A stretch of DNA of 64,000 nucleotides, taken from the NCBI GenBank assembly GCA_963827685.1, contig CAWHBU010000005.1:310994-374993 (forward strand), written 5' to 3'. The stretch comes from an uncultured delta proteobacterium (lineage in GTDB: Bacteria > Desulfobacterota > BSN033 > UBA1163). The notes beneath the pieces were generated by a model. The model made no database searches. It saw only the letters and a list, made by a program, of their open reading frames with translations, and was not told the DNA's origin. Below, piece by piece: positions 57,210 to 64,000 of the stretch; positions within the stretch are counted from its first letter, which is position 1; each line of letters opens with the position of its first letter. The translations under genes and the position numbers were made by a program.

Positions 57210-58574
57210 TCACATTATTTTCTTTGTCGCCTGCTCGGCAGCAATTAGAATGGGATCAAAAGGGGCTGAGAAAGGAGGTGCATAGGCAAAATCGAGCCTT
57301 GAAATTTCATCCACCGTCATTCTTTGGTGGAGGGCCACTGCCAAAGCATTGATCCTCCTCGCCACACCTTCTTTGCCCGCCATCTGAGCACCCAGGAGTC
57401 TTCCGCTCTGTCGATCAAAGATCAGTTTGATGAGCATCCGCTTTGATCCTGGCATATAGCCTACTTTGGATTCAGCCTCGATCACCTGTGAATCCACATC
57501 AAAGCCATATTGTCGAGCAACCTGCATTCCTAAACCGGTAAAGGCTACCTCCAATTCAAAGACCTTAAAGGCCGCTGATCCCACCACGCCGGAAAAGGTG
57601 GCTTTACCCCCTGCGGCGTTTTCACCGGCAACGCGGCCCTGTTTATTGGCGATGTCTCCAAGAGGTGTATAAACCCAGTCTTGACTTACAAGGTTGAAAA
57701 CTTCACAGCAGTCTCCCGCGGTATAAATATCTGTAAGATTAGTCCCTTGAGCCGTATCAGTCCGAATCGCTCCCGTCTTTCCAAGTTCAGCACTTGCCTC
57801 TTTGGCTATTTCCACATTTGGAATAACGCCAACGGCCATCAGAACCATGTCTGCCGGAAAGTGAGTTTGGTTAGTCTCAAGAGAAGTGACCTCGCCACTG
57901 CTATCCAATCTAAAAGCCGCTGGTTCCTGATAGGTGAGGAAGTGAACACCGTTTTCCTGTAATTCCTTTAGTATTTTTTCGGAGATTTCCTTCTCCAAAT
58001 TTCCTGCCGGCAAATCTCTGCGGCAGAATAGAAAGGTTTCCATATTCCTTAACCGAAAAGCCTCGCACATCTCCAACCCAATAAAGCCCCCGCCGAGAAC
58101 GGCTACTTGTCCCGGCCTCTTCTCATCGATATAGTTTTTGATGCGGAGGCCATCCTGAAGGTCTTTGAGGGTGAAAATATTCTTGGCATTGCTTCCGGGA
58201 AGGTTAAGGCGTCTGGAACGGGCACCCGTGGCAATGATAAGTTGGTCGTAAGAAAACCATTGAGTTTGGGAGTTGACTAAATTCACCACCTCGATCCTTT
58301 TCCCCTCCGGATCAATTCTTGTGACGCGATGTTCTGTCTTCACATCAATATCCTGCATCTCTTTAAATTGCTGAGGGGTTCGAACCACCAATTTTTTCTG
58401 ATCTTTTACTACATCACCGATGTAGTAGGGGGTCTCTCAGGAGCCATAGGAGATGAATCGACCTTGCTCGAACATGGTCACTTCGAGATCAGGGTTAACT
58501 CGTTTCGCTCTGGCTGCTGCGCTCGGACCTCCTGCTGACCCGCCAATGACGACAAGTTTCGCTTGTTTTGCCAT
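57210..58574 (-). CDS. NADH oxidase/CoA-disulfide reductase family flavoprotein with Sec46
   Basis: MAKQAKLVVIGGSAGG..ISYGS-TGA(58439-58437)-ETPYYIG, in frame with the track ORF. TGA at the catalytic Cys position; hairpin TACTACATC-GGT-GATGTAGTA. Confidence 0.9.
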
Positions 58575-58594
58575 ACCCTCATCTCCACGATTGT

Positions 58595-59032
58595 TCAGTT
58601 CTTTCTTTTAGATGCCTTCTGGCAATCCCTGCATAACCCAAATACCTGAACCGAAATGTTTTCCAGCTTGAAATCTTTGTCTTTGCAAACCTCGGATTTT
58701 AGAATTTCGATACCATTGCTTGAAAAATCTATGATTTTCCCGCATTGTTCACATATCAGATGGCCATGTTCCTTCCTTTGAGGTATGGTTTCGTAATAGA
58801 AACAATTCTTTTTGATATCGAGTTTTTCGATGAAGTGAAGCTGTTCGAGAAGCTTGAGTGTTCGATAAATAGTTGGCCTTGAAACGCTTGATCCCTTTCG
58901 AATGAGGGAAAAATATAACGTCTCGGCGTTAAAATGGTCTGTACGAGCCTCAAGTTCTCTGAGAATGATTTCTCTCCCGCGCGTATTTTTTAAACCCTTC
59001 GTTAACAATATATCTTTCAATGAGTTGATCAT
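58595..59032 (-). CDS. Fur-family transcriptional regulator
   Basis: HFNAE, SRPTIYRTL, HGHLICEQCG, GLCRDC. Confidence 0.9.
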   Translation of the reverse strand: MINSLKDILLTKGLKNTRGREIILRELEARTDHFNAETLYFSLIRKGSSVSRPTIYRTLKLLEQLHFIEKLDIKKNCFYYETIPQRKEHGHLICEQCGKIIDFSSNGIEILKSEVCKDKDFKLENISVQVFGLCRDCQKASKRKN

Positions 59033-59049
59033 CTTATCTTCAGAAGAGT

Positions 59050-59066
59050 TTGATTCTCAATTTCAA
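59050..59066. promoter_or_regulatory. Putative Fur-type box upstream of the fur-like gene
   Basis: TTGATTCTCAATTTCAA, 17-bp imperfect palindrome. Confidence 0.5.
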
Positions 59067-59079
59067 TAAATGTTTTTTT

Positions 59080-59110
59080 AAAAGCCTTGAGGTGCATGGC
59101 ACCTCAAGGC
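59080..59110 (-). terminator. Rho-independent terminator
   Basis: GCCTTGAGGTGC-CAT-GCACCTCAAGGC perfect 12-bp stem followed by TTTT on -. Confidence 0.7.
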
Positions 59111-59121
59111 CCAAGATTAAT

Positions 59122-60207
59122 CTAAGCCGTAAAGACGTACTGGGTTCCGGCTGTATTAATGATAAATTGCTTCGGCATCTCCCTTTCAAACATCGTGACT
59201 GCCTCCCATCCTGAGCAGTGCATAGGGACCACATAATCTGGGTTAACAGTCTTTATGTCTGCAACCGTTTTCTGAGTTTTCGGTAATGGAGCACCGATCA
59301 AATGGAATCCTCCGATCACGACATGAACCTTATCGATTCCAGTCATTTTCTGAGCATGTTTTACTGTGTTGACAATCCCTGCATGGGCACAAGAAGAGAG
59401 GACGACCAACCCTTTCCCTTTTACATTAAAGATCAGTGACTGCTCCCCCATGAAGAGATCGAGCTCCATTTTATCTCCTCTTTTGATGAACAAAATAGGG
59501 GATCCCTTCTCGTATTCCATTACTCTCTCGATATTTCCTGTTAAATAAGCACCCGGGACCATAGGAGTTGGTTCTTTAATCTCTACAATCTTGACCAGAT
59601 CAAGAGCTTCTATTTCTTCCCGTTTCAATTGCCCAATATCCTGCATGCCACTCGGATCATAGCGACCGGCCGGAAGATTGGCAAACCTGTGACCGAAATT
59701 TTCTTCTCCCACGTAAAGTGGGATCCCTCTTCTGATTTTCGTCCTATTGTATTTGAGAATGGCAATGAGATTTCCCCAATGGTCGAAGTGGCCGTGACTG
59801 ATACCGAGGGCGTCTAACTTTTTCACGTCTAACTTAAGGAGCTCCATGTTCTTAGTCACACCTTGGAAATCCAAACCATAATCAAACATGAAGGCATAAG
59901 ATTTACCACCAATCCATGTCTCGACGTAGTAAGATAAACCGTGCTCGGCGTGGAAAGACGAATCAGGACCAATCATGTATCTTTTGACCATCTTAAAATC
60001 GGGTGGATTTAGGTTCCACCTTAGACAATCATAGTAATTGTCCGTTATGACGGTAATAACCAATTTTTCAACCTCTTGGATTTTTACGGAGCCATATGCC
60101 ATTGAAGCACCTCCTTTTAAAATATCACCTGCCATCAATACCGCACCGGTCGCCGCAGATGCCTTCAAAAACTCTCTTCGATCCATCTCCTTTAACATAA
60201 CTCCCAC
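59122..60207 (-). CDS. Tat-exported MBL-fold metallo-hydrolase
   Basis: DRREFLK, AEHGLS, SHGHFDHWG, SCAHAG, PMHCSG. Confidence 0.88.
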   Translation of the reverse strand: MGVMLKEMDRREFLKASAATGAVLMAGDILKGGASMAYGSVKIQEVEKLVITVITDNYYDCLRWNLNPPDFKMVKRYMIGPDSSFHAEHGLSYYVETWIGGKSYAFMFDYGLDFQGVTKNMELLKLDVKKLDALGISHGHFDHWGNLIAILKYNRTKIRRGIPLYVGEENFGHRFANLPAGRYDPSGMQDIGQLKREEIEALDLVKIVEIKEPTPMVPGAYLTGNIERVMEYEKGSPILFIKRGDKMELDLFMGEQSLIFNVKGKGLVVLSSCAHAGIVNTVKHAQKMTGIDKVHVVIGGFHLIGAPLPKTQKTVADIKTVNPDYVVPMHCSGWEAVTMFEREMPKQFIINTAGTQYVFTA

Positions 60208-60226
60208 CTCCTTTTATAGATAATTT

Positions 60227-60367
60227 CTACTTCTTTTCCGATTCCTCAGCCTCACAGGGATGCCCCTTCTCCCCGGGATGGCAAATGGCAATCTGCTCGG
60301 CTGAGCAATCCTTTGGTTCCCCCTTTAAATTTTCTGGATGAGTGCAAGCGGATTTTTCTTGACACAT
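60227..60367 (-). CDS. 46-aa Cys/His-rich protein (not in the track)
   Basis: GGAGG RBS; MCQEKSACTHPENLKGEPKDCSAEQIAICHPGEKGHPCEAEESEKK. Confidence 0.75.
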   Translation of the reverse strand: MCQEKSACTHPENLKGEPKDCSAEQIAICHPGEKGHPCEAEESEKK

Positions 60368-60382
60368 GATTTTCGCCTCCTT

Positions 60383-61123
60383 TCAGAATTCCCGGCGGAT
60401 TCTTTTCTTAAAAATGAATAACGAGAGACTAAAGAGCAAAAAAACGAACCCCAGTAGAATTAATAGATCCAGATACAAAGGGATCATTCCTTTATCCTCC
60501 AACAAGCAATGTTTCAGACCATCTACCGTGTAGGTCAATGGAAGAAGGTAAGAAAGGATGGGAAGAGGAAAGGGCATGGAGGGAACCGGGAAGAAGACAC
60601 CGCAGAGAAAGATCATGGGAAAACGAAAGAAATTGGACATGGTCATGGCCTCAAAGACCTCCTTGACACCCACCGAGATCAGGATTCCAAGAAGGGAGAA
60701 GGCAAAGCCGGAAAAGATGAAGATAAGAATAAACGCCCAGAAGTGTTTTACGGAAAGCCCCATGAGTGGAATCAGAATAAGGGTGATGAAAACGGCCACC
60801 ATCAGCCCAAATAGGGTGCTTCCGAGAGTTTTGCCTAAAAGGATGGTTCTAAAATTCAATGGGGCCAGCAGGAGCCTTTCCAGAGCACCTATTCTTTTTT
60901 CAAAAGTGATCACAATGGCAGCCATGGATGTACATGAAAAGAGAAGGGTCAAACCGATCAATCCCGGGACAACCTCTTTGATTCCCATCGGATTTCTGAA
61001 ATAGAAAGCGAACACAAAGACGATGGGAAGCATCAATCCCCAACTGATCAGAGGCGGTTTCAAATAATAAGCTCCCATATCCTTCTTAGCAATGAAGTAA
61101 TACTTTTTGATTTCTTCTTTCAT
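60383..61123 (-). CDS. ABC-2 type exporter permease
   Basis: EKRIGALERLLLAP, FPMIFLCGVFFP, LPLTY. Confidence 0.88.
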   Translation of the reverse strand: MKEEIKKYYFIAKKDMGAYYLKPPLISWGLMLPIVFVFAFYFRNPMGIKEVVPGLIGLTLLFSCTSMAAIVITFEKRIGALERLLLAPLNFRTILLGKTLGSTLFGLMVAVFITLILIPLMGLSVKHFWAFILIFIFSGFAFSLLGILISVGVKEVFEAMTMSNFFRFPMIFLCGVFFPVPSMPFPLPILSYLLPLTYTVDGLKHCLLEDKGMIPLYLDLLILLGFVFLLFSLSLFIFKKRIRREF

Positions 61124-61127
61124 AACC

Positions 61128-61211
61128 CCTCCCAAGCTCCCTGACAACCCTCAGACCAACGGAGTCATCTCTAAGAATGGGATTGCCCAGTCCTAATAAG
61201 AGCGTTTTCAC
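61128..61211 (-). pseudogene. 5' fragment of hydrogenase maturation protease
   Basis: GTG-KTLLLGLGNPILRDDSVGLRVVREL, then truncated against the permease. Confidence 0.8.
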
Positions 61212-61218
61212 ATTAATC

Positions 61219-62682
61219 TCAGTTCCTGGAAATCACCTTCAAGATCTCCCTATGGGAGTCGTTGATCACCACCTGCAAGGGCATCTGCCCTGGCAGGGAA
61301 TGGGTAGCACAACTGAGGCATGGGTCATAGGCTCGAAAGGCCATTTCGATCCTGTTGAGAAGACCTTCCGTGACAATGGTACCCGCCTTGATTAGACCCT
61401 GAGCAGCCTTCCGGATGGACATACAGATGGGAGCGTTGTTATTGGTCGTCCCAACAATGAGATTCACCTTCGTCACCATTCCTTTATCATCCGTCTTATA
61501 GTGGTGATACAGGATCCCCCTTGGTGCCTCCACAACCCCAACGCCTTTATCAGGGACCTTATTGGGGATAATCCTCACCTTAGGGTCTGTGATCTCGATA
61601 TCCTGAACCAACTCCAGCTGTCTTTCCGCAGCATAGAGGATTTCCACAAGCCTGGCCCAATGTGTGGCCAAGGTAGAGTGGACTGGTTTCCCTCCCAGGG
61701 TATCGAAATACTTCTCGTAGGCTTCCTGGGCCAGAGGTGTGGCCATTCCGTCGGCTACATTGAGCCGTGCCAATGGCGCTGCTCGATAGATTCCGCTTTT
61801 TGGACCCTCCACAAACCCTTTCCATCCTATCTTCTTAAGGAAGGGAAACTTTAAATAAGACCATGGCTCTACATGTTCCTTGATATACTGGAGGTAGTCA
61901 GCGGGTTTGAATTTGGCGATTTCCTTGGCTTTGGTATCCACGACCCGGATCATGCCATCGTAGAAGTTGACCTTATTGTTCCGGTCCACAAGTCCCATAT
62001 AATTGGTCACCGTCTGATAGGCATCGCTCAAAATAAGGTCCACATAAGCCTGGTTTTTCAGAACCACGTCCTCGAAGAGCTTGAGCCCGAATTTCGCGAA
62101 CCCCAGATTGACCTTGGCCATTTCCAGAATCTGTTTCCGTTCCTCTTCAGTGATACCTTTGCTCACCCCTCCGGGGAGGCTCCAAACGAGATGGGTTGCG
62201 CGGCCAGCAATGGTCCTCTGAATTTCTTGGGCATAGGCCCTGTTCTTGATGACCTCCTTTCCGATATCCAGACCCACCTTGTTGATCAGGCCAAGGATAT
62301 TCCGCTCAGCAGGCTTAGCATCAGGGCCCAGCACGAAATCCGGGGCTGCAAGGGCATAAAAATGAAGGGCGTGGCTATGAATAAAATGGGCAGAATAGAA
62401 AAGCTCCCGAAGCTTTTTTGCCGCCCTTGGAGGATCGGTATTGTAAACAGCATCAACGGCCTTACCCGAGGCCATGTGATGAGCTCCGGGTCAGACGCCG
62501 CAGATTCTAGTAACGATTCGGGGAAGCTCCTCCACTGGTCTTCCCAGACAGAAGACTTCGAATCCTCTCAGCTCAGGGACCTGAAAGTAAGCATTTTCCA
62601 CATCCCCCTGGTCGTTCAAAAAAATCTCGATCTTCCCATGTCCTTCTAACCGGGTGACCGGATCAATCGATATTGTTTTCAT
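61219..62682 (-). CDS. mvhA: Group 3 (MvhA/HoxH-like) [NiFe]-hydrogenase large subunit with Sec64 in the N-terminal motif
   Basis: IDPVTRLEGH, RGFE, RICGV-TGA(62493-62491)-PGAHH in frame; EAPRG; RAYDPCLSCATH; hairpin GGCCT-CGGGTA-AGGCC. Confidence 0.88.
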
Positions 62683-63644
62683 GGAAACCTCTTCTTCCTC
62701 AATGCCGAAGCAGGCAAGCCGAAGCGATAAAACGTCCCCAAGGGATCGACGATCCCATCGATGACCTTTTCGATCTCCTTGGGGTCCTGAGAATCGATAA
62801 TGGAACCAACAGCGCTCAACATCTTGGCTCCCTGGTCTGTCACGTCAGGAGGAGGCCCATAACATCCCCGACACGGCATGTTGGACCGAATGCAGCGAGG
62901 CGGGTCGCCACATCCGCCCCTGGTTGCAGGGCCAAGGCAGATGAGTCCTTGCTCTAAAAAGCAGCGTTCAGGATCAAACAAAATCTCATGGGGCCGGTAA
63001 AAGGTCTTTACCTTTTTCTCCTCTCTCTTTCTTGGACATGAATCGCAAAGGGCTTTGTCCAAGGCCCCCACCACAGCCCCCTTGGGAGGCAAATTCCCTG
63101 TCACAATGGCCTGAACCACGTCCAAGATACGCGCAGGTTCCGGAGGACAACCAGGTACGTAGTAGTCCACATCCACCACTTGATCTAATGCCATTACCGT
63201 ATCATAGAATTTGGGAAGCTTCAGTTCCCCCTCGGGAACCGGAGTGGTTTCCTGGGGGTAGACCCCCTTCCTGGAAACCGTTGAAGGAGACCTCTGGTAG
63301 ACGAAATCCAAAATCTCCTGCCTTCTTTTCTCGTTGGCAAGGCCTGGGATTCCGCCCAATTGGGCGCACGCCCCAAAGGCCACCAGGACCTTCGATTTCT
63401 GCCGGAGAAGGTGAGCAATGTGCTCATTCTCGGAGTTCCGGATGGCCCCGTTAAACAGACAGACATCGATGCTCTTATCAACCATCTCCTCCACATCACG
63501 ATATTTAAAATCCATCGCGACGGGCCAAAAGAGGATATCGGCTGCAGCCGCGATATCCAGAATCTTCTCGTGGGTATCTAAAACTGCCACATCGCAACCA
63601 CCGCAGGCCGCACCCCAATAAAGCGCAAACTTCAATTTTCCCAT
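62679..63644 (-). CDS. mvhG: Group 3 hydrogenase small subunit (MvhG-like)
   Basis: WGAACGGCD, AFGACA..GG, PGCPP, CLGPATRGGC, PCRGC. Confidence 0.88.
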   Translation of the reverse strand: MGKLKFALYWGAACGGCDVAVLDTHEKILDIAAAADILFWPVAMDFKYRDVEEMVDKSIDVCLFNGAIRNSENEHIAHLLRQKSKVLVAFGACAQLGGIPGLANEKRRQEILDFVYQRSPSTVSRKGVYPQETTPVPEGELKLPKFYDTVMALDQVVDVDYYVPGCPPEPARILDVVQAIVTGNLPPKGAVVGALDKALCDSCPRKREEKKVKTFYRPHEILFDPERCFLEQGLICLGPATRGGCGDPPRCIRSNMPCRGCYGPPPDVTDQGAKMLSAVGSIIDSQDPKEIEKVIDGIVDPLGTFYRFGLPASALRKKRFP

Positions 63645-63669
63645 AACCTCTTCCTGAATCATTCAGATG

Positions 63670-63830
63670 GTTCCAAAAGTATTTCAGCGTCTTGTTCACT
63701 TTCTCCATTTCAATACGATAAAATATAAAAGATCGCATTCTAAAACTTTGAAACCATCTCTGACCGGGGAGCCAATCCCCTTCCCTTTCAAAGAGCTGAA
63801 GTGTTACGATTTTGTTATTTCCTCAATCAT
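63670..63830 (-). pseudogene. Degraded ArsR-like remnant
   Basis: Interrupted frames HFSSLKGKGI..RDGFKV and FIFYRI. Confidence 0.35.
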
Positions 63831-64000
63831 ATTGCCTCCTGCCTCCCACCTCAGACTTAGGTCTATTCCGGCCCCCCTTTTTATAGGCTTGTCGATCTTC
63901 ATCAACTCAGAATCGAGGCCGGTTAACTTTACAAAGGCATCTTCCAGGCTCGGACTCAGGGTGTTAATGGATTTAATTTTTGCTCCATGTTCCTCCAGGA
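63804..64000 (-). CDS. C-terminal end of ABC-2 exporter ATP-binding protein (partial)
   Basis: SINTLSPSLEDAFVKLTG. Confidence 0.8.
   Translation of the reverse strand, partial: LEEHGAKIKSINTLSPSLEDAFVKLTGLDSELMKIDKPIKRGAGIDLSLRWEAGGNMIEEITKS

Overview
Bacterial chromosomal window, probably from an anaerobic deltaproteobacterium-type (Desulfobacterota-like) organism; this is inferred from gene content only. (1) Positions ~400-6410 hold an integrase-less integron cassette array read on the minus strand: a nuclease-TPR protein, a membrane protein, a DUF2007-like protein, a secreted protein and a HigBA toxin-antitoxin pair. It sits between an ABC permease and its usual AttH/lipocalin partner. 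A complete IS1182-family element and two short derivatives with the same terminal repeat are each inserted exactly at the G/TT crossover point of a cassette junction, two of them with an AAC duplication. (2) Positions ~6600-20800 hold ordinary genes: a metal ABC importer, ADP-forming acyl-CoA ligase, peroxiredoxin, a beta-CASP hydrolase and LOG. (3) Positions ~21100-64000 are a minus-strand mosaic of metalloid-resistance, thiol-redox, Mo/W-cofactor-related and hydrogenase genes with many truncated relics. At least four genes there, missed or split by the ORF track, carry in-frame UGA codons followed by SECIS-like hairpins. These are a small UxxU double-selenocysteine protein, a 71-aa candidate new selenoprotein beside a non-Sec paralog, a Sec-containing NADH oxidase/CoA-disulfide reductase, and a group 3 [NiFe]-hydrogenase large subunit with Sec in the N-terminal RICGVU motif. 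Product calls come from motif recognition by eye; no database searches were run.
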